A stretch of DNA of 62,174 bases, counting the filler, from Choristocarpus tenellus KU-1152 (taxonomy: Eukaryota; Protista; Phaeophyceae): the NCBI GenBank assembly GCA_964200185.2. It is 10 parts of 10 records of this genome, joined end to end, with 100 filler letters (N's around TTAATTAATTAA, not from the genome) between each part and the next. Parts side by side here need not be neighbours in the genome. Positions count along the whole stretch, not along the records: positions 36,462 to 40,461 come from CAXNAD020016730.1; positions 40,562 to 45,577 come from CAXNAD020012152.1; positions 45,678 to 49,390 come from CAXNAD020018356.1; positions 49,491 to 54,234 come from CAXNAD020013240.1; 6 more parts are not named here. One strand, written 5' to 3'. Positions 37,917 through 50,499 of the stretch are shown here, piece by piece; within the stretch, counting starts at the first letter, position 1, and every line of letters begins with the position of its first letter. Position numbers and translations under genes: made by a program. The notes beneath the pieces were generated by a model. The model ran no database searches. It saw nothing but the letters and a program-made list of their open reading frames with translations, and was not told the origin of the DNA.

Positions 37917-40032
37917 GTCTACTATTGGCAACGCTTGCAGAAGCACGTAGACATGCCACCCCCAAGGGGAAGGATAGACTTAACTCCTCGCCAAAGCCCC
38001 CAGCCCCACCAAGGTCTTTCGGAGACTTTCGGTTGACAGTAAACGTGTTGCCCCATGAGTCGTTTGTTCGAGTTGGCAACGACCTCCATGCCTCTGTGAG
38101 AATCAGCCTCCGGGAGGCCCTGTGGGGTTTTTCCTGTGACATCCCCTTCCTAGACAGCCAAGTCATCACGCTCAGGTGTGATGAAATCAAGGGCGGGTGC
38201 TGTTAACATGTATCAAGTGAGACGGACATGGTGGGTATTATTGAGAAAGAAGTTACAGTTGCCTCAAGATTCGATTGCAATGAGGGATCACTAACCCCCC
38301 TCTAGTGTGGAGTGTGGCATGACATATATTACCATTGAGCTGTGATTGGACAAGAAGGATGTACCGTGATTGATCGATGGGTGGTGAATGGAGAGTGGTG
38401 GAAGGGATGATGGTACTGAACTATTTGAGGGTAGCCTGCAGGATAAGGTTGTAGTGACTCTATCATCTCTCATTCCAAGAGGGAGGATGAAGTCGTTTCA
38501 AAGGAGCGAAGGCTGTACATAGGATGGCGATCAAGAAATGCCACAACAAAAGAACCTAGCACTTCAACTAACAGACTCATAAGAAGGTAAAAACACTTGG
38601 ACCGAGGCAATACGTGTGAGCTGCTTTTTTGGCACTTGAGTGTTTGTTGGTGAGACAAACAATGACATGGTGGTTGAAATGGTTGAAATAACAATGAGCG
38701 CTCTTGTTTGTGCTGGAGTCGCGCAGTGGATCAGACAACACTAACACGGCAAGGAAGGGAATCTCAGCACACTCTAGGGAAGGGAGACAAGTTTACTTTC
38801 GCACCTGGGAACAAATGTCGGTTAAAATGAATAAGAACAAGTGACCCCGGGGGGAGAAATCCATGAGTGGGACACAGGCAGCAGTTTTTTTTTCTGTCAG
38901 AAAATCTGGTCAACCTTGGGGAAGAGTAAGAAAAAATGTATGCTGAGAAATTTCTTTTGGTCTGGTAGAAAATTCCTAGAGCTGACTAAGGTGCTTCATG
39001 AGACCAAAACATGAAAGAGGGGCAGAGGAAAATATTGAATCAGCTTGGGTAGGAAAGTGCTCTGAGAATGGGCTGATACTTGCTCTTCCTGCAGACAGAA
39101 CGGACGACTTGACCTGCACCTCTCTCTATTATATGGATGGGTCCTATTGAACAAAATATTGTCGTAGTCAGGCCGGGTTTATTGCACTTAGGTCGGTGGA
39201 TACAGGTCTACTAGAACAGGTCGTTGAGTGTAAGTACATCAGAGGAAGGGGCTCATGTGATTTTTAATGTGCGTGAATGAATTAGTCAATATACCACGCG
39301 ATATTAATCTCACTGAATATTAATCTTATGTTTTGACTTGAGGAGATATCCAGAAGTCCCATGAAAAAAGGCACACAGGGGAAGCCCATGGCAGAGCAGG
39401 GCAGTTCAGGGAGTGGTTGGGCTTCCACCGAAACCATCTTTGTCCGAATCTCACCCTCAAAATATCTCCTAGCACCTGCATGCCAGGAAAAACAGTCAAC
39501 AACAAATAATCATAGTACAATCAGGGTAGGGAACTGTTGGAGGACAAGCGCATCACATACACGCAGTGCTAGTGATATTTCGGTTTCACGGCTCCATTCC
39601 TAATGATGTCACGATACTTTTCACATATGTCACCTCCCTCCTGGTCTCTTGTATACAACTGTTTTCAGTACATAGTATGATTTTTATCATCATTGCGTGA
39701 TTTTGACCACCATCTCTCACAAAACATTTAATTATTTCATCCTCGTCCCTTGTCCTGCCCCTTGCCCCCCTTGGTTGTGGTTAGCCGTGGAAAGCCCACC
39801 CTCCCCGGGACACTCTTCAGACTGCCCCGTTTCGGAATGCCTATCCTCTTCCCTCACCAGCAACAACACAAGACTAGAGAGAAGTGGGAGGCGTACGAAC
39901 AGTCTCAGGACGATGAAGGAGAAGGACGCAACAACGGTTGGGATGGTGTAGGCTCAGGTGGGGAAGCAGCTCCTCGTGAGGCTGAGAGGTGGGGAGACCT
40001 GTACATCAAGACTGCAGTTATGCTTCCTGTTG
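37917..40032 (+). CDS. DnaJ/Hsp40 family protein, C-terminal domain exons (partial)
   Basis: Exon 37917-38175 (GDFRLTVNVLPHESFVRVGNDLHASVRISLREALWGF..IPFLD) splices in frame to 39785-40032 (PTLPGTLFRLPRFGMP..GDLYIKTAVMLP). Confidence 0.85.
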
Positions 40033-40391
40033 GTGAGTTATGTATGGACACTAGTAGGGGGTGATGTAAGCTTAGTGGACATCAGCACGGCATAGTGGTC
40101 TTGTTGTGTTTGAGGATTGATAGCATTTTGAGTCTTTCAAGGCACAGGACCGTGTGTGGCATATGGGTTTTGCGCCGTTGTTTCAGGGTTAGCATAATGT
40201 TGTGTAATCCGCACAAACCCATGCAAATTAGACGATTTCAACGAACCAAGCCATCCTATCGCAGATGGGAATGTTGGTGAGTATTTGTGTCTCTCGTGTG
40301 ACTACCTTCTAGCTCTCTGAATGAGGATTTCACACTTATGTGGTGGTCGAACGTCCATCTCTCCTTCTCTAGCAACACCCTCCTTTGGAGA

Positions 40392-40461
40392 GAGTGAAAG
40401 TATCTTAGAGGGTACGAGTTTTTCCCTGTTTGTCCATTTGGGACTTGGCTTCCCATGTTTT
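40392..40461. mobile_element. MITE family B, truncated by contig end
   Basis: gagtgaaagtatcttagagggtacgag. Confidence 0.85.
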
Positions 40462-40561
40462 NNNNNNNNNNNNNNNNNNNNNNNNNNNNNNNNNNNNNNN
40501 NNNNNTTAATTAATTAANNNNNNNNNNNNNNNNNNNNNNNNNNNNNNNNNNNNNNNNNNNN
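40462..40561. other. Artificial contig linker
   Basis: Same linker. Confidence 0.97.
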
Positions 40562-41376
40562 GGGTTCCGCGGTGTCCCCTCCCAGTCGTAACCACCCCCC
40601 CCCCCCCCCCCCCCCCCCACAAGATCACACATTTAGTAGAATCCCCCCCTCACAAAAGAATTGGTTTGTCACTTCCACTGCTGCCTCTGCCTTCTGTCCA
40701 ACTGATCTTCCCACCTCTCTGTTCTCTCTCCCCCCATGTCCAATAGGTGGTTGAAGACACTCGGAGGGAGGTGCGATCCTCCAAGCCACAGAGGGGTGTG
40801 GCTGAGGGGGACATGGTCAAGATCCGATCCTTGTCCTGGCTCCTCCATGGTCCGGAGACCTCCTTTGAGGCAATTGCTCAGGTACGTGGGTGCAATGTGC
40901 TGAGAGGGGAGAGGATCTAAACTCCTCCACATTTTGAAGCGCTGACTTAGTTTTTTTTGGGGGTGTTTGGATAGTAGGCTCCAATGCTTTCAACATTTAG
41001 AGTCAACCGCTCTAGACGGGCTTGGGGAGTAAGGCAGGGGGATATGTGAACCGTCCAGTCCACGAGACAATACTTTTTCCGAACATTTTTTCTGATGATC
41101 CCAGACGAGGTCTTGAAATCTGTGCTCGGGCGAGCTCAGGCTGGTCTAAACCTGGGTCAGCACTAAGTCCAATGGTCGACTGGTCCGGCGGCAGGTGGTC
41201 TGGTCTGGTTCACAAGGGGAGGGTTGTATCGCCTGTAAGGTGTTGACACGTCATGTGCGAGTTATGAGGTGACTCGAGAATCCGGACCTGTAACGTGAAC
41301 ACGCGGGGTTCGTGAGATGGCGAGCCGTCAACGGCGATGAGATGGAGCCGGTGGTGTGTGCGGGCGGGAGACGCAC

Positions 41377-41382
<6 letters not shown>

Positions 41383-41407
<25 letters not shown>

Positions 41408-41409
41408 AG
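41383..41409. repeat. (GA)n microsatellite
   Basis: Direct. Confidence 0.9.
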
Positions 41410-42365
41410 CCGGTGTGGGTAACATACCGGTAGACAGAGAGACAAGACAGACGAGATAGATGGGGCCGGACGGACGGGGAATCGATTGGTGTGCGCGTAG
41501 GACGTGTATTGGTGGCGACTAAGACGCTTCTAATCTGTCGCCTTCAAAGATTTTTGTTTATTTCCCCTCTTGTGTCTACATAAAGTTAGTCTTCCATTGG
41601 AGTGTACTTTGCTCTCTGTGACACACTATGCTGCGGACGTATGGACCTACCAGGGTTCCTTCAGTGTATATATATATATATATAATGGCCTCTTTGTAGC
41701 AAGTCTGTCTCTGCCTGGAGTGTTTTGATTGGACTATCGATGGAAGGATCCATGTCTGTAACTGTTACAACATGGATTGACTACGTCCTGGCCTATGGTC
41801 ATGGCCCGGACCCTGGGCCATGTTCGGACCGATGAAAGGCCCCCCCCGCTGTTGATTTTTTTTTCACTCTACATTTTTTTTTTTTTTTTTTTTGGGGGGG
41901 GGGGTTTCGTCTCTAGAGTTAGAGTGTGCCATGCGATTCTCACAGCTTCACCTTGACAAGGCTTTCTCACGGCATGTTTTTTCGTTAGAGGTCTCTAAAC
42001 GCCTGCTTGGACTACCGGTGCAATGCAATAGACCTTGCAGTCTCTCGCGTCCTCTGCTTTGCACACTTTCGCTCCCCACTCACCCCTGCCTTGCTTACCC
42101 TAATGGCCACTATAACAAGCAAGCAATGCACCGTTCAAGTCCTGCTTCTAACAGCCATTGGCCGCGCACACTGTACACCTGTTCCGGCCCCCCCTCATGT
42201 CATGGATTGCCCGTAGTCGAATGCCCTGGCCCGGCACTTTGTCCTCCAGAATTACGAAACGGAAAGGCACCGTGAGAAGTACGGTAGGTTAGGCTCTGTA
42301 GCAGGCTCTAGAGCTGGGGTCATTGCACAAGGAGAAGACGTCGACTCGATCCTCTTCTCCTGCAG

Positions 42366-42748
42366 GATGATGGCGGTAGAAGAGATGCTTGGAGACCCAC
42401 GGGTGGAGGCTGCAGTCAAGAGTCTAAGAGACAAGCAGCGGGTGGAGTTGGAGGGGGAGGGGGCAAAGGCAATGTACTCGACGGCTCTGTTTGAGCACAA
42501 TTGTTGGACAGGGTTGGTGGAGGCGAGGCGGTGTTTCCTGGAGTGGACTGCTGTCATCAAGAATGCGGAGCAAGGTGCTGAAGGAGAGGACGGTGGGGGG
42601 GGTGCAAGGCTAGGGTGAGTGATGGTGTTCTCAACTTGTGAATGTGGGGGGGGGGGGGGGGGGGGGGGGGTAGGGGGGGGGGGGAGGGGGGGGGGGGGGG
42701 GGGGGTGGGGGGAGAGAAGGGGGGAGAGGGGGGGGGGGGGGGTGTGTT

Positions 42749-42787
<39 letters not shown>

Positions 42788-45499
42788 GTAAGGAGGAGCG
42801 GAAGTTGGGGATGGGATGAGAGTTTGGTGTAGAGACAGACGTAGAGTGGAGAGGTGGAGGTTTGTTTTGGAAAGGGTGGGTTGGTTGGTTGTGTAGGAAG
42901 GGCTTGTGGTATAATGATATATCGTATGAGATTTTCATAATAATTGATTGTTTTTTAATGCCTCCAGTGGTGTGCATACTCTTCTTGAACTCAATCTTAT
43001 ACGGGCGGAAGTTAATTGGTGTGTGATTTTTTAACAATCAATGTTGATTATAATATTTTTAACAATCAATGTTGGTTATACTCTTTTAACAATCAAATGT
43101 TGATTACACTCTTTTTAACAATCAAGTATTGATTACAATCTTTTTAACAATCAAATGTTGATTACACTTTTTTTTTAAACTACTTTTTCATTATACTTTT
43201 TCGGGTCGATTTTGAGATCAGGGGTGATGTGAAGACATCGGACTGCAGTTTGTCTTTTTGTGGTACAACATGATTGTGTAAGAACCATTTGGCGTCATGT
43301 TGGTTTTAGACCATACTATACCACCAATGAAAAGCACTGTGTCTGTGTCATTATTGTTGCCCTTCGACAACTCCTCGAAAGCGGTCGGTGGAAATCTACG
43401 ATTCCTCAAGAAATTCAGCACACTCCTGCACACTGGAGCCCTATTTACATCCATATCTGAGACGTGTACTAATTTAAAATGAAATGAAAACGAATACACT
43501 CGTCAGTTGCATGTATATCTTCTAACCATAGGCCAATCAGGGATGCTCCCTTGCAGAATATTAATCGATAAATAAATAATAACTGTGTGTGGTCCCCCAT
43601 CTATTTCACAGCGCGGTGTTTGGGAGGGGTGATGTGAAAGGGTTCATTGTTTCTTTTTTCGTGGCAAGGTGTTTCGAACTGACTTACTCCCGATGATTCT
43701 GGTATAATTAATTGTGTGTGAACGGCTGGCACTATTCCTACATGTTGTGGGGGTTTTTTGTTTTGTTTTTCAGGGTTGAGTGCTGATTGAACCTCTCAAA
43801 GTCCCATGCAAACGGTATGATGCTTCTGTCCCTGTAAGTAGTGTGGCGTGGTGGTTCTTGATGTGAATGGGGGTGTGTGTAAGGCAGGGGGTCTTCTATA
43901 TTTGAAACATTTTGCAGTGGTTGATTGAGTCTAGACTAGTTGCATCTTGGGAAATTTCCTGCTCAAATCGCTTTCGGTGGTCCTTGATTGATGCCCTCTT
44001 CTTTTCAGTTTGAGTCGTGTGTACTTTTTCCCTTGCCTACCTCCTTGGCCTGTCCCCTCCATACATGTTCCTTACCCCCCTTCTACCCCCACTGCTAAAC
44101 ATTGCCTACACTCTCCTTTTATTAATAAATGTAGCATCAGGGGGATTGAAGACATGGATGCAGAGGAGGAAGGAGAAAGGGAGAGGAGAGAGGTTGTAGA
44201 GGTGGGAGAAAGAGCATGGTCATCACTCAACAGAGTGCTTACATTTTTGGTGAGTTGTGATGGCCTTTGTCAGTGAGTTGTGGAGCAATGAGGGGCTGTA
44301 GGCTAGGGAACCTTTGTGTGTGTGTGTGTGTGTTTTGAATGACAGTGGGGACAATCACGAGGGAGTTGATCTGAGTGGATGCAGTTCTGTTTCATACATT
44401 TGGTTTGACCATTTATTGTTTGCAGTCTGCTGATGCTTGTGTTGGTGTAACACACCTCCTGGGCACTTGTGAGCATCCATTGATGCCTTCTGCCTATGTA
44501 GTTGTTAGTCCTTCCTTGTCCTCCCTTTGTCGGTTGCATGGTGACAAACCCTATGATCAGTTACTACTATCATTATTGTTGTTGTTATACATCGTTTTTT
44601 ATTTTTGAAATTATCGAGCTATACTCCATTCTGTGTTTCAATGTGCCCAGTGGGAACTTTCATTGCAATCACCCCACTATTTTGAGTAATATATTAGGTG
44701 CTACAGCTTCTCACTTCATTGGAGACGTTTCATTCCACCTGTTGACAGTTGACATGGGAATTGCGATGGGAGTGTGTATCATGGCAGGGTGGCCCTTTCC
44801 TTCCACCACAAACATATTTTGTGCTTCAGAGAATACAAGCGCATCCAAAACTAACAACTTTTCTGATGAGGTGTGTCATTTTTTGCCAAAAACATGCATG
44901 AACACGATTTATGGTGCATTGCTAGTGCTGCTCTATGAAAACGGAAGGGTTTTTAAACTGCAGGGTTTGGCTCAGGGTCAGGGGACACAGAAAGGAGAGC
45001 TTCTCATTTTACTTCCCTCATTTGGATTGGCCCTCCATCTCCTCTTCAGTCTCCTTATTTTGTTTCTTTTTTTATCACCCCCCCCCCCCTTACCTTCTTA
45101 CTCCAGGGAGGCTGGATGGTTCCTCAAGAGAGCCTTGAATTAGTGGAAAAGTACTCTAAAGAGTTAATGAGTTCGGCTGCAGGAAAACAAGATTCAATGG
45201 ATATCGACGGCGGTGGTGAGGGGCAGGAACAAGCGGACAGGAAGGAGGCGTTATGGGAGGAGGAAGAGGAGGACAGTGGCCCGCCTGCGTGGGTGGAACG
45301 ACGGAGGGCTGAGCGTATAGCCCTGGATGAATCAGTAAGAGAGGTGGCTCGAGAGCGATTGCAGAGGGAGGCACAGGAGAGGCGGAAGGTGGCTGGGGAG
45401 GATGTTGATATGGAACGCCGGGAGGCTGCGACACAAAGGGGAGATATGTTGGAGGTTCGCGTCAGGTGCCTTCCAGAGGTTATGTTCATGGAGCACCAG
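42366..45499 (+). CDS. NUP107: Nucleoporin Nup107/Nup84, C-terminal exons (partial)
   Basis: Exons ~42366-42614, ~44135-44249 and 45107-45499 join in phase. FEHNCWTGLVEARRCFLEW, LNRVLTFL|GGWMV and EVRVRCLPEVMFMEH match the Nup107 pattern EHLC....LEA...F.EW / NVLLF..GGWMV / LR..CLP....LH. Confidence 0.75.
43020..43175. repeat. ~29-bp intronic minisatellite x5
   Basis: ttttaacaatcaa(a)tgttgatta copies. Confidence 0.85.
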
Positions 45500-45577
45500 G
45501 TGAGGGAGAGGGAGATTTTTTTGTTATATGGTGGTGCACGCGATTTTTGCAATTTAAGAAATTTTTGTTGGGGGGGG

Positions 45578-45677
45578 NNNNNNNNNNNNNNNNNNNNNNN
45601 NNNNNNNNNNNNNNNNNNNNNTTAATTAATTAANNNNNNNNNNNNNNNNNNNNNNNNNNNNNNNNNNNNNNNNNNNN
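45578..45677. other. Artificial contig linker
   Basis: Same linker. Confidence 0.97.
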
Positions 45678-45693
45678 GTGAAAATGATGACCT

Positions 45694-45872
45694 GGCTCAA
45701 AGTATCTGGGGGGGGGGGGGGGTCTACTCCAGGGTTTCCATTTGGGCCCTGACCAGGAAAAGTGCACTTGCAATATCCATCCGACACCTGCAACCAAATT
45801 GCCCAAAAATTGCGAAATGGAAATTCGGGTCCCAAATGGACAGCCGCCACCCCCCCTCAGATACTTTGAGTC
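45694..45872. mobile_element. MITE family A
   Basis: Full TIRs; TSD CCT. Confidence 0.92.
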
Positions 45873-45992
45873 CCTCGGGATCAAAAGAGCTGGAGAGAGA
45901 CGCCGTTTTAATCTGAACCATGCGCATTAAGAGGGAGGGGCCATGCCCATTTCACAACCTACTCAGTGTAATAAGTGGCTGACCTTGATGAA

Positions 45993-46251
45993 GATCCATA
46001 TAATTTAAGAGGGTAGGGCCGCGTCCGTTCGGGGTCAAAAAAATCCAGTGTTGCAGTTTTGGTGAATATTGGCTATCGTGTTTTTTAGCAAGTGTCGATA
46101 TCCTTGCTCCGGACACACCTTTTCATAACGTATACATTCTTGGTAACTGTGCTCACACAGAAAACCGAAAAAGGACTTTAAAAAAAGTGGGAAGCCAAGC
46201 CCCGAACGGACAAAGAGGGCAAAGCTCCTACCCTCTTACATGCTTTGGGTC
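45993..46251. mobile_element. MITE family B, diverged
   Basis: Family internal sequence with degenerate TIRs. Confidence 0.8.
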
Positions 46252-47791
46252 TGGTTATTAAATGTTTACTTCCAAACTCTTTCGACCATAAGGGAAACGT
46301 AGCACTAACATTCTTTGGAAAACAGAAAAACAGGGATTGATGTTATCTCTGCCAGTCTCATCATTCTTGATCTACTACCAGTAGGGTTGTATTCACCTGG
46401 AGCTTTTGCAACTACTCTAAGAATAGAGGACAAAATATGACATAGGGGCATATTTTGCAGCTAATTCTGTGGACGAAACAAAGCACAATGTAGCCATCAA
46501 TACATCCATTATGTTTGCATGGGTGAGCTCTCAAATTTTGTGTCTGGCTTCCAGACATCGTCATACAGATGCTGATGGTAACTCCTGTTGCTCCAAGAAT
46601 GAGAAAAAAAACTTTGGTGCGTCACAAAACGTCTTTGCTCGTGTATCAGTCCCACCATGTATTGGACGGTGGAAGAATGTGCTGTTTCAACAAACAGAAC
46701 GGATGTCTATTAAGTAATTGATGGTTTGCGGGTAAGGTCGATGCTCAGTCCTAATTTTGACTATCCTCGAGGAATTTGTAACCTTAACCCTTCTTATGAG
46801 GTAGTGGGAAAATATCTGCTGATACCAAGCTAGTACTACTAAGTTGTGAATGGGACAATTTTTGCGACAAAGGCAATGAACGTGATCAGTCGTCTGATTG
46901 GTAAAGATGCATCAAGCACCTCTTCCTCGTTCATCCATTGGGTCCTACGTGTATTATTTTTGTATCCTTCTGGGATGAGTATCCTTATCCGAAACTATTA
47001 TATTGCGCATCTGCTGCTGATTGGATTGCTGAGAGGAGGGATGGGCTGTGTAACCCCCATCTAGTCAATTCTTACTCCGAACACAGTCCTATCTCCTACA
47101 ATATCAGTTCCCCACACCTCTCAAAATTGCCTGCCCACAGGTGTTCAAGGCTAAAACTTTTCTTGCCAACAGCACACTTGCTAAGGAGGTTGGTCCACCC
47201 CCTTCTAAGACTGTGCCACCTGAAGCCAGTCCGACCATTCGACAGCCTGTAGTTAGGTATCAAGTATCCATTACCTTTGCCTACTCTGACCATCTCTGTA
47301 TTATGTCATGATAATGGGTAGAATAGTACTATGTTATTGCGGAGTGTAGGAAACCTTTGCAAATCGCGAATGGGGTAGCTTTTGGGGGGGGTAGGATAGA
47401 GGGCCGTTAAAGATTTATGTTTCCTTAGGGCTACATAAACGAAATCGTTGTCCTTGTCTTGCTGAATGGTTGTCAAGGGTAAGAAAATAGTAGATTGTCT
47501 GATTTGTGGTGAGTCCGGATACATTCACTTTTTCCACGATATAAACTGAAAATCAAACAATTTTGCCGTTCTCTGAACAATTCTAGGGGGTTCGAACCCC
47601 ACCAACGCTAAACAGTTTTCTCTCGAAATCGGATTATTGACAAAAAAAAGTCGATGTGGGAATTATTTTCACATTTATTCAATTACCTATATACAAATAT
47701 AAAAAAGAAAAACTGGGTGATACGAACTAATATCCTCTTTGTATCAGAGATATAGTTGAATGGAGAACTTTCTGTTCCTTATTGGCCTCCA

Positions 47792-47807
47792 CATACACAC
47801 ACATACA

Positions 47808-47841
<34 letters not shown>

Positions 47842-47858
47842 CATACATACATCCATAC
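47792..47858. repeat. (TACA)n microsatellite
   Basis: Direct. Confidence 0.9.
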
Positions 47859-49235
47859 AAATGAACGTAACAGATGATACGAAATGAATGTTTTTGCTCA
47901 GTCCCAACACATCCTTACACAACGTTGGAGGATACTGGAGGAACAAACTGGGCGCAAAAACTCCCTTCCAAGGATACTCTTACTGGTAGATATCCTACCA
48001 TGACACCTGCACCGTGCTGAGTCAATGTAAACTAGAGGCACCCAGTTTTTGTCCTTTTTGCAATATAAACCAGCTTTTCTATCTTTTGCAATACACCAAA
48101 AAAATTATGGATGAAGTCCTAACTTCGACTTGAGTGGATTTATATTTCTATGGTTTGAACCTTTTGACATATTTCGGAAATAACCTACACAAATTTGTAA
48201 AAAAGTATAATTTTGTACATATTTGCTGACATCATTAAAATGAAATCCTGAGTACCTATCACTTACTTTGATCTACTCACTTTGCGTTGGATTTCATTCA
48301 AGCAGAAAAACTCTTACTACTCACGCGCTGCATTGGACTTCACACAGAGTATTCTCGACATACTCTCTATAGTATACATTTGCCTTCTACAAAAGAAACA
48401 ACATAAACTTGAAGTCATCCAAACATATATAACAGGGCATTACATACAAAGACTTCGTGGGGGAAAAGTTACATTAAATAAAAGAAACAGGGTACTACTG
48501 TATGCTCTTATTACTCGCACCGTGTTCACTCTTTTTGCTCGTTGTTGTTCTTGTTCATTGATTGGTAGACTGTACCTGGCATACACAGTCAGTACGTCAC
48601 CACCTACCTACGTGACAAATAATTGTTGACACTGACTTAAGAATTTCTTCTATTTTTTAATGTAGGACACAGCTGAGTTTGACGTCTAACTCAACATGCA
48701 CAGCTTCAAGCTATCACTCCCACCTTACTATCTCGAACTCTCTCTGCCTTACGTGTACAATGATGCGCAACTGGGTGGAATATATTCCAATTGATACATC
48801 CACAACCTTCACCACAAGTTGACAAGCCTCTACCCAGAACTTGCATCACTATCCAGAATTACAGCAATGATTAGTGCTATACTGTACATTATCGACAAAG
48901 CCTCTTCGCAGAACATATCACTAAGTTGTTGTACTGGACTTCATCGGTGCTTCAGTGCTCTGGGTCCCCTCTTCCCTACCACAAGATTCCAAGCCTCTAC
49001 AGGGAGTACCCCTATTCTGAATCAACCCGTCATGGTCAATCTGTGCTTCAGACCACAACATCACACAGGTTCTGAGCCTCTCACACTTCGAAGTATCACT
49101 TAGTCCTCCTGTAACAGATGACCATCCACGACTTACTTATGGTAAAACGAGTTGTCTTGCAACGTATGATTCAAAGTACAACTCTATGCCAATAAGTGGA
49201 GAATTAATTGGTTAAGAGTTTTTAGCAACCTGAAA

Positions 49236-49390
49236 GGCTCAAAGTAGCTGGGGAGGGTAGTGGCTGCCCATTTGGGGTCATTTTTTTTATGTCGCGATTT
49301 TTGGGTGATTTGGTTGCCTATGTCGGATGGATAAATGTAAATGCACTTTTCCTGGTTATGGTCGAAATGGACACCCTGGTGTAGACCCCC
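49236..49390. mobile_element. MITE family A, truncated by contig end
   Basis: ggctcaaagtagctgggg plus family internal sequence. Confidence 0.88.
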
Positions 49391-49490
49391 NNNNNNNNNN
49401 NNNNNNNNNNNNNNNNNNNNNNNNNNNNNNNNNNTTAATTAATTAANNNNNNNNNNNNNNNNNNNNNNNNNNNNNNNNNNNNNNNNNNNN
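49391..49490. other. Artificial contig linker
   Basis: Same linker. Confidence 0.97.
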
Positions 49491-49672
49491 TCTATCCCCC
49501 CCCCCCCCCCCCGGGGGGCCCTTCACCCCCCAACGCGCTGTCTTCGGGGCCTTTTTTTTTTTTTTTTTTTTTTTTGCAAGAAGATGCCAATTTTTTGTTT
49601 TGTTTAGATTGGTCCCCGCTCTTGTTGACTTGGGTTGCGTGCGTAGGCATGGTTAACAGGGGGATGTATCTA

Positions 49673-49678
49673 ATACAT

Positions 49679-49711
<33 letters not shown>

Positions 49712-49712
49712 T

Positions 49713-49743
<31 letters not shown>

Positions 49744-49798
49744 TATACATACATACATACATACATACATACACATACACACATATACATACACACAT
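49673..49798. repeat. Compound (TACA)n/(CA)n microsatellite
   Basis: Direct. Confidence 0.9.
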
Positions 49799-50499
49799 GT
49801 GGTATGTAGAAGAGCAAATCCCTATTGGAAAATTCTTACCGATAATCACTTAACGCTAATTTCAATCGGTTCATAGGATTGTTAAAAAAAATAAGAAAAA
49901 GAACCGACTCAAGCACTACTGATGTCTACTTTACTGTGTGTTTGAAATCGCATTGTTGTAAAAACAGTGCGACAACCCCACCTTGTTGGCGTTTTTCACA
50001 TCCCATATGGCGTAAATGGCGCCATCTTCTGTCCTTGTCGGACCCTTACTCTTCATCAACATCAATGAAGTTCGGTCGTCAGAGGAGGTCAAGTAGACGC
50101 CTGCGAAGACCATGGTGATGTCCTCTGCCCCAATCACATACTGGGCATGAAGAACACACCTATTTTCAAGCACAGAGATGGTAGATCAGTTCTCGTAACA
50201 GTGGAGGTGGCTAGAGGCTTGGGCACAGCAGGTGTAGGTGCAACCAGCAAAGTTTCCAACACTTCAATAGACCTATGATTGGGATTATTATAAAGAAAGC
50301 TCAATCTTTTGAGATATCATCCCATCCCCCCCCATTAATCAGCAGACCCGTCTCACTCTCTCCTCTCCCTCGCTTCACANNNNNNNNNNCCCCCCCGTAA
50401 CACTGTAACCCCCTCTCAATCTCTCCTTCCGCATGTTGCGAACTGGTGTCCTAATGAGTATCAAAAGTGTAAGGATGACAAAATGACTGTCCTTAAGCG

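Noticed and set aside
41261-41527. Possible LTR (TGT start) with a PBS-like ttggtggcgac
   Set aside because: No second LTR, no clear CA end and no gag downstream
42252-43037. 261-aa proline-rich ORF
   Set aside because: Artefact of an intronic poly-G tract antisense to Nup107
47587-47600. ggggttcgaacccc T-arm/B-box suggesting a tRNA
   Set aside because: No acceptor, D or anticodon stems around it
48925-48980. Pepsin-like motif VVLDFIGASVLWVPS
   Set aside because: Catalytic DTG is not intact, it is flanked by stops, and there is no other support
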